64,000 nt of DNA from Phoronis australis (lineage: Eukaryota; Animalia; Phoronida). Shown piece after piece: positions 50,614-62,573 of the stretch. Where the stretch lies: positions 62,001-126,000 of the forward strand of contig NMRA01000245.1 of assembly GCA_002633005.1 (NCBI GenBank). The letters run 5' to 3'. The notes under the pieces are model-generated. The model had not been told where the DNA came from. It ran no database searches and saw nothing but the letters and a program-made list of their open reading frames with translations. Numbering within the stretch: the stretch's first letter is position 1; each line of letters begins with the position of its first letter. The translations under genes were made by a program, and so were the position numbers.

Positions 50614-50790
50614 CTGATGTGGTGCACCTGCAGGAATGAACACCGCATCACCGGCACACTGTACAATCTGGTAACCCTCGACACCATACTCATCCTTGAG
50701 CCGCGTCTGTAGTGCACCGTCCAGGTACCAGCTCTGGTCATGGATGGGGTCATGATGTGGTTCGATGACTTCGCCCTGCTCTTTGGCAAC
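50614..50790 (-). CDS. KDM3: KDM3 exon (JmjC domain)
   Basis: ccccag|GTT ... CAG|gtgagc; [12 protein letters not shown]...[13 protein letters not shown] (distal Fe-binding His). Confidence 0.96.
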
Positions 50791-50991
50791 CTGGGGCAGA
50801 GCAAGATGATTAATGCTTGGGTGAAGCACTGGCACGGTTGAAAAGCAAACAAGGTAAACACAATGCAAACCGTTAGACAAGAGCAGTAAGAAGTTTGTAA
50901 GAGGAAATGAACCTCAAAAATTCTAAACATAGGGATAGTAGATACTGCGAATATATGTTCAGTAACTAAAGGCAATGCATTGTGGCCATAC

Positions 50992-51473
50992 CTTATTCAA
51001 GAGGTCCCTGATCTTGTCAGCATCGTGCGCATCAAAGATGTGCCAGAGGGCGCCAGGTAGCTCTCTGCCCTCACGCACCCTTCTTCGCGTGATGATGTCA
51101 CAGCCCACATCATCAATAGCTTTCAGCGCAGCTGCCTCTTGCTCCGCACGAATCTCTGCAGGAACGCCTACGTGAACCATGACGTTGACGGCGTCCGAGA
51201 TATCCAAATGTAGATTGGTCGTGGCTTCACGCGGGTGACTGGCCATGCCAAATGCATTGTACATCTTAGGCCCGAGATCAGGTTTGACGAAGAAATCAGG
51301 GAGACGTGCGGCCAAGTTCAACCGTCCTGACCGCTGTGTGTACTCTGGTAGGGGAAGAGCCTGCATCAAATCTTGGAAGCGAGTGGGCAGAAGGTCACTG
51401 AAGTCGTCGCCTGGGGGCCAGTCCTTCAGTTTGAGGATAAGGGGCTCACCAGTCTCCTCATCACACACACGCT
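50992..51473 (-). CDS. KDM3: KDM3 exon (JmjC domain)
   Basis: tttccag|AG ... AAG|gtatgg; LKLKDWPP...[12 protein letters not shown]...[15 protein letters not shown]...GALWHIF (HxD motif intact). Confidence 0.97.
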
Positions 51474-51954
51474 CTGGAAAGCAGCAACGTGAATGGCAGT
51501 TAGGGTATGAAGCCAACCACTCCAATGTTGAACAGGAAACATGCAGTAGTGATTTGTGCAACTACACCACCCTACTACGCAAGCACAGCACATCACAGAC
51601 AGCTTATTTCATAAAGTGAAGGTGGTTTAACAAAACCAGGTTCAGGTACAAGTCACATAAACTTTATCACTGTCACACATGCAGACAATATTTGTCAACG
51701 ACGAATTCCAAAATTTGTGAAGAAAGGGGACTGTAAACCCAACAAAACATGAACGTTTTTGTCACAGAATCTCAAAATGTCACAGAATTTCAGGTAAGTT
51801 TTGATACAGAATGTCATCGTGTCACTTGGTATCCAATCTCTACGCTTACAATCACTCACTGCTCGTTGAAAAACCAAAGAAACACCGAAGTCAAATCTAA
51901 ATTTCTGTTTGTTTTTCCCAAAGCCCACAGATATCACACAACTTAAACACTCAC

Positions 51955-52129
51955 TGGCCATTGACTCGAAGCCATCCCAGAAGTCCCTCATGTCATGTCC
52001 TATCAGCACAACACCATTCTTGCAATTGACGAGGTCGTTCTCCAGATGGCCAAACTCACGGGAGAATGTTTCTGGCATCCACAGTTCCTTCAACTTCATC
52101 TTGGACGTGACATTAGAGACCAACACCGG
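51955..52129 (-). CDS. KDM3: KDM3 exon
   Basis: ttacag|CCG ... A|gtgagt; PVLVSNV...LWMPETFSREFG...DLVNC...DFWDGFE. Confidence 0.95.
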
Positions 52130-52374
52130 CTGTAAAGACAACACAGTGACTTGAAGGGCAAAGTGAGCTTACAATGCAGCAAGGCATGTATTCCAATTAA
52201 GCAAATGGTGTCTTACAATCACATCTGTCATTCTAGACTAAAGATAAACACTGTCTTGCCGCACTTCTTGCACTATAGTTGCATATCACTACAAACGATT
52301 GACTAAAACGTAACATTAAGCAAATCGAGACACAGGTTGAAGTTTCATTGGCGCCACTCGCCACTATCACTTAC

Positions 52375-53372
52375 CTGTCCCAATCTCCACTGTTGCTGGA
52401 ACAGTGGAAGGTTGTTACGGTGGCCAGGATCATGTAGCCGCAGTAGCCGTCCTTCATTTAGCCAAGAGTGCGGCACATCTGGGAACAGTACGCTAGTCTC
52501 AGTCAGCGTGTGCGCTCGCACCTGCTCGCGTCGCCCCATCAAGTGGTGACCGCTCCGCGGCACGTAATGCACCAGCTTGACAGTGGTGAGGTGTTCTTGC
52601 GGCGCCACCGTTGGCCCACAGCCGCCGCCATCTCTAGGCAAATCCTTTTCCACCACCGTCTGAATGATCTCCTCTAGTGAGCGAGCTTTGGATCGCGGAC
52701 CTCCTGGCACCATCTTCCTATTGTTATCATTGCTATTGATACTGCTAGTATTTTGCTGGGATGATACTTTCTTTGTTAACAACTCCCTCAAGGTAGCGCA
52801 ACTCGACCCTTTTTTATCAGCGTCAATTGTGTCGATATCAAAGATGCTGCCATTTTTGCTGGACCCTCCTGTTGGTGGAGAGCCAGTGAATGTTTGTGTG
52901 GTGCCTGTGACCGCCTTCGTGTCCTGGAATGGGTACTCGGTCGCAGCAGTTACCTTCCCCTTCACCTTACCCTGCTGTCCCTCATTGGCACCCTTGTCTC
53001 CACCTCCACGGGTCTTCTCCGAATCCATCGAAGCCACGTCAGCCAGCAGAGTAAGCGGGTCGTCAAACCCCTTCCCACCCAGACCGTTCACCTTCCCAAA
53101 GTGGCTGTCACCACCCACTCCGTTCACCATTGGTCCATGGATGCCATTAGCCGGTACTAAGTCATTACTTTTACCACACGGGCAGCGTGACCTGATGCTC
53201 CACTTCTGGCGGATGTCGTGGATGAGTTCACCAACCTGCCATAAGGAGTTGGCAGGAATGATCTGGGTCAACATCAGTTTGCTGGCCTCGTGTGGCTGCC
53301 GATTGGCACTGCACTTGAGCCAGTGGTGCTCGTCCTTGTCGCCCTCCTTCACACCATCTTCCAGGTCAAATT
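52375..53372 (-). CDS. KDM3: KDM3 exon
   Basis: ttacag|AA ... CAG|gtaagt; WLKC...LMLTQIIP...CPC, LRELL (LxxLL), PHSWL.GRLLRLHDP...FQQQWRLGQ. Confidence 0.95.
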
Positions 53373-53628
53373 CTGTAACGTACAACAAGAAGAGCTCATG
53401 ACCTACAGTACTTGAAATGGTTCAAACTTCACACAACAAGCTTGCAATTGTGAGAACTATTTGGATTTTACAGATGTTGGCACATAGCGTTCAGAGTTAA
53501 CAAGTCCTTCGATGAATAGTTATTTACTGAAAACTGTTCCACTATCCTTTGTACTCAAACAAAAGTTAGATATTGAAGCACACAACACGAAAATTCGCTG
53601 ACATGGCAGCAACGCCATTCCTTCTTAC

Positions 53629-53781
53629 CAGACACAGGCTTGTCCTTCTTTAGCCGATAGCAATCCAGACAGACAACAAAGCCACACTTTCGACACACCC
53701 AGTGCATGTTGAATAACGTTGTATCACAGACGTCGCACATCTCCCGCACACCCTGTACAGCTCTCTTCCAAGCCACAATAC
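53629..53781 (-). CDS. KDM3: KDM3 exon (C6-type zinc finger)
   Basis: gttaag|GT ... G|gtaaga; [39 protein letters not shown]. Confidence 0.96.
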
Positions 53782-53828
53782 CTTAACAGAAACCAGAGAT
53801 TTTGTGATGCTGCAGCTTAAGAGTTCAG

Positions 53829-54261
53829 TGTCCAGTTGCATGAAACAGTCCCAAATAGGGACTCAACTAAGGTCCCTAAATCTACTGCGTATTTGAGGGC
53901 TTGTGAAAACACTGATTGTTCTATCTTATACATTTGAACATCATTACTGCGCCAATTTTTGGCTTTCATACAAATCGAGAGTGAAATCTAGATTGAATTC
54001 AAAATATTATTGAAAATAAGTAGGTATCTTTTCCTGCAACGCACCCAATTTAAGGAGTAAGTCCCTAACTGTTTTGATTGAATTGAGGGCTCAATTTTTA
54101 GACATATTATTAGAAAATGTCATTAGTCAAAGAAGAGCTCATAATAAAGAGTAAATTACGGAAAAAATATTACACATGTGCCTAAAGAACGAAACAAATA
54201 TGAAGAAGATTTAGGAACCTTAGTACAGTCCCTATTTGAGACAGTTTCATGCAACCGTGCA
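53829..54261. mobile_element. PIF/Harbinger-like MITE, copy B
   Basis: Same inverted ends and internal sequence as 45829-46255; flanked by CAG...CAG. Confidence 0.85.
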
Positions 54262-54384
54262 CAGGTCTCCATTGCAACAAAATGGAAGTACTACTGCTCC
54301 AAAATGTAACAATTATTAGATAGCAAGAATGAATTAATGATTTAAGACCACCAAACTTAACCACCCTCTTATAACGGACCACCA

Positions 54385-54625
54385 TCCTTCTCTACGGGCC
54401 TAATCTTCCACCTCCATCCCTCTCTACCCTCACCCCAACAACAACACAGGCCCACTCTCCAACCTCCATCCCTCTCTACCCTCCCCATCAAACGATCATG
54501 CCGTACTCTCCTGCCTCCATCCCCCTCTACCCTCCTCATCAAACGACTATTCCACACTCTCCTACGTCCATCCCCCTCTACCTTCCCCATCAAACGACCA
54601 TGCCGCACACTCCTACCTCCATCCC
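54385..54625. repeat. 51-bp minisatellite overlapping a KDM3 splice donor, about 4.5 copies
   Basis: tcc(t/a)acctccatccc-like motif at about 54407, 54458, 54509, 54560 and 54611. Confidence 0.85.
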
Positions 54626-54834
54626 TGTTCCAAGATATGACTTCCTTTTCCTGCTCCACAAGCTCACAGAACTGATCCCCTACGTGTTTCACAATATACT
54701 TGGCCGCTTCCACATCCAACTCAGGCTCTATCACTGGGTAGTGAGGCATCCAAGGCTGAATATCATCCACTTCAGCATCGGAGCTCTCAGAGAAGCCGGC
54801 CAGCATGATGAATCCTTTCTGACTGTACCGCAGT
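54617..54834 (-). CDS. KDM3: KDM3 exon
   Basis: tcttag|A ... G|gtagga; LRYSQKGFIMLAGFS...AAKYIVKHVGDQFCELVEQE. Confidence 0.93.
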
Positions 54835-55283
54835 CTAAGAGGAAAGAAAATTAATGATAACTATTTCAGTAAACTAAGCGATATTCTTAACATTAAAATA
54901 CCGTCTAGTACTTTTTTCCTTAACAGAACACTATTTCTAAACAAAAAGCAGCTGGCTCACTACACTAACAAGCAGGCGGCGGGTAATAATTTATCCACAA
55001 TGTCAGAATTATGTGGGACAATTTGGAAACAATTATGCAATGCTATGTCAATTCCTATAAAGAATTTTAACATTCTAAGGGTGCCATCACATACCATACT
55101 AAAGCCACAAACTATCAGTGATGAGCCGGAGAACATTTTGAACAATTCAATTATCTTGAGCTGCAACCACAGAAAGGCAAGCCTAGGGATTGGTTATAAA
55201 ACAGAATGATATGCTTTAGTCCTGGCATCATACAAGAATAGATAACACAATCCACCAATGGATATCATGGCCCACCCACTTAC

Positions 55284-55473
55284 CGTCGGAAGGCGTAAAA
55301 GCGACAGAAAATATTCATCTTCTTACTCCGCTGGTTGGGCGTCATCTTGCACTCGCGACACTTCATCAGCTTGGGCGTCACCTCAGCACAGGGGCCATCT
55401 TGCAGAAACGGTTCCATACTCTTCTTCAGCTTGGCAGCGGGAACCTTGTTCAGTGGTTTGTTGATGTTGAACA
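55284..55473 (-). CDS. KDM3: KDM3 exon
   Basis: acgcag|TG ... CG|gtaagt; FLQDGPCAEVTPKLMKCREC...IFCRFYAFRR. Confidence 0.93.
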
Positions 55474-55894
55474 CTGCGTAGAGGGGAATATGTGGTGAAA
55501 CGACAGTGGCAGCAGGAGCAGAGAGTGAAACAACAATGAAAGTAGAGTGCATGAGGGGGACAGACACGACTCAGATGAAAACACTGCACTTTGTCTTACC
55601 TTATTGTCAACGAATGGTCTCCCAAATACACAGTTGATATTTCGTCTTAGTAATGCCAAAAGAACACACAAGTGTTGTTGGGATTGGTGATATATTTGAC
55701 CATGGGAAATGATTGTGAGTCAATTGCCCAGAACACTTTCCTTTAGGTTCAGACATCTACAGCACCAGTATTGCCCAGCACAAACACATCTCATTTACAC
55801 TGCTTCACTATAATTGCAACCCTCGTGACCCTTGAACCCTACACTGCTTAACTCGTCCACCATAATTGCAATCATCGTGACCCTTGAACCCTAC

Positions 55895-56234
55895 CTGGTT
55901 TGACTTCCCTCAGTGATAGCGCACCGGGTTCCTGTTTCACTCCAACAGCCACCGTCTCCGCTTTCTCCCTGCTCTTTCGACCACCCTTACGCCGTTCCTT
56001 GACTTCTGTGTCAGACAGTGATGACCGGCTATCCTCGTTTTTGAGATCAATTAACTTCTTGTCCGCAACAATACTGCTGTTGATGCCATCTTCCTTTGTC
56101 TTGCGACTAGAGGTTGACCTCTTCTTGCCAACGACTTCACCAGTGGAGGAGCCATCTCCTTTAGACTTCTTGGCATCGGAGTGTTTCCGCCGACTTTTCA
56201 CGCGTCTTTTGACAGAGTTGCTGCTGGTCGAGCC
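55895..56234 (-). CDS. KDM3: KDM3 exon (basic, low complexity)
   Basis: atttag|GGC ... G|gtaggg; phase 0 to 1 fits the neighbours. Confidence 0.85.
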
Positions 56235-56480
56235 CTAAATAGACAGTAACAGAAAGAATGAAGCAACTTCATATGAAATAAAAGAGAAGTAAAACTACAT
56301 TTGCATATGTTAAACCATAACCATTTCTGATCGACAGTAAAATCCAAAGCCTCGTGTAAATCAAGCATCTATTCTTTAATGACAACTTTCAGAGGTAGCA
56401 GGGGGCAATCAATTTGTACCAACTGCTTCTAGAATTTCTAACAGAGAAGAAAGCGAAGGAGACAATGGCCATAAATGTAC

Positions 56481-58505
56481 CTGAGATTCCGTTTCCGACG
56501 CTGAACTTGTAGAGTCTTGATCGTTCTGTGACCTTGTGCCATTGGGCAGTCCAAGGCCCACAGAGGGCAACACCTTGCTGCCATCGGCATCATCCTTTAG
56601 AGGAGAGAGACGACCAAATTCACTATCTCTTGACTCGCATTTCGTCGTTGGTGACTCGGAACTACTCTGGCTGCCACAGCTGGCCTTTTCTTGGTCCTGA
56701 CCAGAGTGACGTTGGAGCCAGGCCTTTTTCAGTTTCATCTGATTGCCAGACTTGTTTGGCGACATCGTGACATCGCTGCTACTGCCGTTGCGAATATGAG
56801 GAGGTGGGCTAGGTGCACTCAGCGTGTCTGAATCGGTGTCTATCATGCCATTGGCAACTCTGTTGATGGTCTCCATTATAGAGGACATGTTACACGTTGA
56901 CTTGCTCTCTATCTTCTCCACCTCAGGCTGACTTGTAACCGGTGATGACTGAGGAACATTGGACAGGTTAGTCTGGCCGCTATGCACCTTAGACTGCTTC
57001 TGTTCCTGCTGGGCCACATGCAAAGATGACGGTAATGGTGCCGGCGCAGTCGTCGATTGTGATGTCTTGTGGCGATTCTTTGGATGGTTATTGGCCTTCT
57101 CAATCTCCGTTTCCTGGTAGAATGCATTCTGGACAGTGCTCTCTACAAATGAGCGGAAACTATCCATGAAGCCACCTGTTGTCTTGCCAGCCGAGTCGAG
57201 GCCTGGTAGGAGAAGAGCTGCCGCAGCGGACGACGTGACCAGAGTGCCACCAGCACCAGATGTACCACTAGACAAAGATGACATTGTTACGTGACTGTCC
57301 GGCTTCGGCTTCTTAGCTCCCTTCGAAAGATCCTTAGCTGCGCTAGCCCGTTTCTTTGCCTCTTGCATACCTGGTGGCGTCATTGTCGCCAAGGCAGACA
57401 GACTGGAATTGTTGGAGAGGTCCGTCGACGGCACACGGCCATCATGGCAGTTGCTGACCTTGGTGGAGTTCATTGCCGATGAATGCTCCGGCTTGGGTAT
57501 GAGACCCTGCTGTATCAGACTGTGCGATACATTGGAAGGAAGTGACACTGGTGGTTGAGCTATGGTGGCCAGATACTGTGACGCAGAATACATGTGGCTA
57601 CTGTTTACAGTTGAGGTCTCAGCAGCAGACTTACCCGATGATGCCATGGCCTTCTGCAGCTCCAATGGCTGCATGATGGCGTGAGTTATCTGCTGTGGAC
57701 TGGAAACACCCAGGGGGCTCTGCGACGCTCGCAATGACCCCACCTTGAGATCAGGTCGCGCGCCTATGTACTGCTGAGGATAGTGCTGCTGCAGCAACAG
57801 TTTATACTGGCTCTGCGGTGACAGTGGACGTGGTGCGGGTGCAGACTCACCAGATCTCTGCTTGGCACCACTGCCACCACCACCAACATTGTCCCTACTT
57901 CGGTTCTCCACAATAACACTCTTGTGAGCGCTCAAATTGTCTTTAATAAGGGGCGGTGGCGATGTGAGTCCACGCTTCTTATCACCACCACTCCCTGAGC
58001 CCTGCTTCACGTCTACACTACCACTGCTACCCGTCTCCTTCACATAATCACTCCTCGACTTCTCCAGCTGTGTCAGCAGTTTCTCCTGCGACATAAACGA
58101 GTGTTGATAAGGTTGGTAACCGTACAGACTGAAGCTGGTGGGCGTTTCCTGCTTGATACTCGAAGCCGTCGCGTTGCTGGCATAGGCTGCCAACGTGCTC
58201 GACGCAGTGCTGCCAGCTGGTGCAACTGCGTACAAATACGGGTACATTTTCATCAACTGTTCGGCCAACTTTTGGTCAGTCTTCGCCAGGTGGAGCATCT
58301 TCTGGTATTCCAGCTGATACCTCTTCATTTCTTCATGCTGCTGTTGCTGTAGTTGCAGCTGCTGCTGTTGTTGGAGCTTACCGGCCTCACCCCGCTTCAG
58401 CAAACTCTCCTGCGTCTGCAGCAGCACGTCATGATGAAAAGCTTCCTGGAACTTCTTCTCCAGCTCATACCGCTGTTGCCTCTTGGCCTGGTCCAACTCC
58501 CGCTC
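56481..58505 (-). CDS. KDM3: KDM3 large exon (675 codons)
   Basis: tttcag|GAG ... CAG|gtacat; contains KLKKAWLQRHS, typical of JMJD1C/KDM3 proteins. Confidence 0.92.
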
Positions 58506-58991
58506 CTGAAAACAACAACAACAGATTGTACAAGTAACGTTCTATAAGGCAAGATAGGGACACACTTGTCAGGTTTTGGAATGAACAATGACAAAAAGGA
58601 GGAAAATTTTCCACGTGATGTATCATTCCACAAATGAATAAAGTAAAAACTATGATAAAAAGAGACGAAAAAAGAGGAAACTGGATATCAAATACAAGGA
58701 AATCGAAAGCGGAAATTCCAAGCGCTGAAGTGTCCACGAGCATGGAAATACTGAATGCTAGCGACAATGACAAAATGAATGCAACATACGATGCTGCCTC
58801 AATCGGTGCACTTCAAAAAGCGAAAAAAGGTTGTCCAACTTGCTAGGGTGAATGAGCAGATCATATCTCCAAGAAACAAAAAAATTTGTACTTCACATTC
58901 ACTGCCAGAAGCAGAGTGACATCCCGCCAGTTGCAGTCCATTCTTCTCTCTCTACCAAACCAGCTGACAGTTTGTCTATCTTCATAATTAC

Positions 58992-59147
58992 CTGCTTTAG
59001 CTTCTCTTCCACCTCCTTCTGGTCTCGTGTCTTCTCTGCAGAAGACTTGGTTAGGTTTCGGGCAACGTCACTGCCTCCAGATGTCGTCACAGGCGGTTTA
59101 GGCAGACCCAGTGTGATTGACGGCATCCAAGTACCAGCAGACTGCGC
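58992..59147 (-). CDS. KDM3: KDM3 exon
   Basis: tttcag|GCG ... CAG|gtaatt; 156 nt, phase 0-0. Confidence 0.8.
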
Positions 59148-60348
59148 CTGAAAAAGATACATTAGTGTGTTTCACATCATTCATCTAGAGACTGTGGGTG
59201 ATTAATAAAGGCCCTCCCTCACCTAAGGAGAAAGGTGTCTGCCTTCAGAGAGAAATTTTGGTTGATGAGAAAATCCCTATGCTCCTCATTGGCAGTGGAT
59301 CAAATATCCAAAACTGACGATGTGATTTAAACCTTGAGGTGAAATTTTTAACCACCTTTGAATCTGATGAAGGTAATTTCCTTATGACATTTAACATCTG
59401 TAACACGGAAATACGTCCAATGTTCGGTCCCAATTTCGAGGGTCCTGCCACATGCCTTCACAACGTAATCACATACGACATGTAGTCTTTTCACCTCTGA
59501 ATCCCCAAACCAGCACGTAGATTTGCCAACTACGATGACAAAATATTAAAGCGGCGATTAACTCGTCTTCCACCACTTTGCATTTAGACCACTTACAAAA
59601 CTGAGAGTTCAACAGTAAATGAGGCCATGCTTTGCGCATTAAATCATCTGAAGTGCACCATGACAAGCGAAGAGTCTAGCCAAATAAGCAACAAGTAACT
59701 GTCGTTCATTCCAAGCCCATCCAATTTGACCACGGAGCAATGTGAGATATTGCACGATAAGTAGTCAATGCAAAGAAATTACTTTCTGTGACAAAAGACA
59801 GATTTATAGATGCATTAAGTGCCTGGTAACTCCCTCGGCTGACATAATGAAACCACCAAACTTTCTCTACACAACAGGGCTTGGAATGACCAATGACGAA
59901 AAACGCGGNGTCCACTCCCACCTCCACACATTTTTGGCTGCAGTCGTATTTGTCACTGCGGTTTACAATCACACGAGACGCCATTGAAAAATCCACCACG
60001 CTATCCCAGATGCCCCGGCAATGTTGACAATTTACGTTCCTCCGAAACATAAAGAGCAACTTCCGCTTTTCGAGGTGAAAGTCGTTGGCAACGCCGCGGT
60101 AAGAAAGAAATTTGCCGCGGAAATTTTATATCAAATTTTTTTTATGCAGAAATATAATAAAATACGCGGACAGAACATTTGAAAAAAAGCGGAAATCTGC
60201 ATTTCGGCGGAAAATTACAAGCCTTGACACAACAACAACAATGATAATATGAAAGCTAACATGGTACTCAGTTTCAAGGGAGTTGAATGGAGGTTTGAGC
60301 CACTTAGTACAACTTCCTGTATTTCCCAACTCTCTTGTCAGGACCTAC

Positions 60349-60565
60349 CTTCTGACTAGCGAGCCTAAGAGACTCTGTGAAATGTTGGTTCACCGCGACA
60401 TCGGCTGACTTGGATTCCCTGATGATGCGCTCACGCTCCTGCCTCCGTTCCCGCTCCAGTCTCTCTTGCCGTTCTTTCTCCGCCCGCTCACGCTCCGACC
60501 GTTCTCGTTCAACGCGTTCTCGCTCGAGCCGGTCCTTCTCTGCCTTCTCTCGCTCCAACCTCTCC
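60349..60565 (-). CDS. KDM3: KDM3 exon (Arg/Glu-rich)
   Basis: ctacag|G ... AAG|gtaggt; ERLEREKAEKDRLERER...AVNQHFTESLRLASQK; phase 2 start fits the upstream exon. Confidence 0.85.
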
Positions 60566-62573
60566 CTGTAGACAAACATTTGAAACATTGTCCCAAATTA
60601 CTAGCACATGTTCGTCGCCCAAATTTCAAAGCTGACGCAAGCATAAAAGAAAATGACTCAGGCATGAGTCATAACTGCACAACTAACCAACCACCCGTAG
60701 CACCGACAAATATTGTTTAGGAAGCAACTTCACGACATCATAGTAAAGAACATGTAGTATAGCTTGCATAGGTTGCATTCAATCAGATTAATGTGAAATC
60801 TGACTTATCTGAAGGCCCAAGGGCACAAACTAGACCTGCACTGCATATTTTTGTACGGGTTAAATAAGTTGCAAATTCAATATATGTAAGAATTACTGTA
60901 TTTGTTTTAGCACGAAATTTAATTTCACTGACTTTTTCTTTTTTAAGCTATTCATATAGTGTTGAATGCAGTGAGTTTCCTTTTTGTAGAAATACAGCCA
61001 ACAAGTTGGTTAAGTCTACCAGCAAACAGCAGTTATAAAAAACATTTAGCTTAAGTTTCATTTTGCACATTTCTCACTGTCTGCAAGACACTGTATTCTC
61101 TCAAACCCAAACAAATCAATCAGCTTGACTATAACAAAGACTAGCATCTTTATAGAACCTGTTTTGTTCCAGAATGTACAAACAGCCTAACGTCAAAAAA
61201 TAATAATAAACATTAAATAGCCAATCGTTTGCTGTTACTTTATTAAAAGTACGACCATTTTTATTCCAATAGATTATAACAGAAGCGATATGCACCAACC
61301 GTGTGTTAACAAAAATGTTAAGATTGCTCTTTTTTTCTCACACTTCGGCACACTTGAGTGAACATGTTAACAACACTAGTAAACTTAAAACTTAGTCCAC
61401 AGGGTAAACTACTAGTCATCCGTAAACTGACAAATGCAATCCCGGATGAGAATGTACTTGTCGCAAATAAAACTGACATTACAAGGGTACACCGCACAGA
61501 ACTCTGATCCATGGAATAATAGACGCCAGCATTGCTCTAGTTAATAGAAACTCATTTGCCACCACGATTCTTCAAGGGACTTGGAAGACGGGAAAACTGG
61601 ATTTGTCATCATTTTCCTTGGATTTGTCATCATTTTCCTTGTATGTTCAGTGTATTCTTCAATAAATACATACTGTAAATCCCCTTTAATACCAAAGTAA
61701 CTAACACAACTGCCACTATGGGGCACAGCACCTCAAGTCAAGAACTGTCCAAAACTCGCACACTACATGACTCAGGGCCAATGATCTCATTTATGTAGGT
61801 CACATCACCTCGTGATGTCACCGAGCTCGGGTCAACCTGGCACACACATGTGCTTAAGTACACTGCTGTGAATCACAATGTGATACAAGCTGTCAAGAGC
61901 TAATAATCGATGACCCCAGGTCCCATTTATGCGCAGGTTTGTGGTTGTAAACAACTTTTGTGCCAGAACATCAAAGTGATGATCATAAGTGGATATAGAG
62001 CTGTCAGTGCCAATAAAGATGGCCGTACAAAACAACAGTTATGAAAAACATTCCAGGTAAACCACATGTTTGTTGGCCTCTGTACAAAAGATAAGTGCAT
62101 ACTGCACTCACACAAAACTGTTTAGGAAGGCTGCTGTTACCACAAAACCACAACAAGCATGAAGGCATGGTGTAAGGCATTAAGCCTGGGTCATGGACAG
62201 ACCCCTACACCTATTCCCACAGTGGTCAGAAACTGAGCGAGTTGGTTTTGTTGGGAACACAATAGTACAAATCGGAAATATTAAGTCTATGAATGTCAGC
62301 TCACCCCGTTTACATATAGAGTGGTCTCGACAAAAATTAGGAGCAGTCTGGAATTATACACCAAATATTGCTTGTTAAATTACTTTGTCGTAACGGACAA
62401 ACGTCGAGAAACTTCAGTAATCCACTCAAGGTTTCTACAGTTAACATACCAATAACATGGTGGTGAAGTTAGGTCCCAATACCATAACAAGACCACACAA
62501 CTCGTTCAACAAAACTTAACTGCCAACAACAACAGCTGACTTAAAGACATCTGCAACAACACATCACACTTAC

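Noticed and set aside
52664-53401. 245-aa antisense ORF, and similar + strand ORFs over KDM3 exons
   Set aside because: Shadow frames opposite GC-richer coding exons; no independent evidence.
59460-60230. Possible transposon with repeated GCGGAAA motifs in a KDM3 intron
   Set aside because: Only one plausible terminus was seen and no matching end or target duplication was found, so it is not called as a feature.
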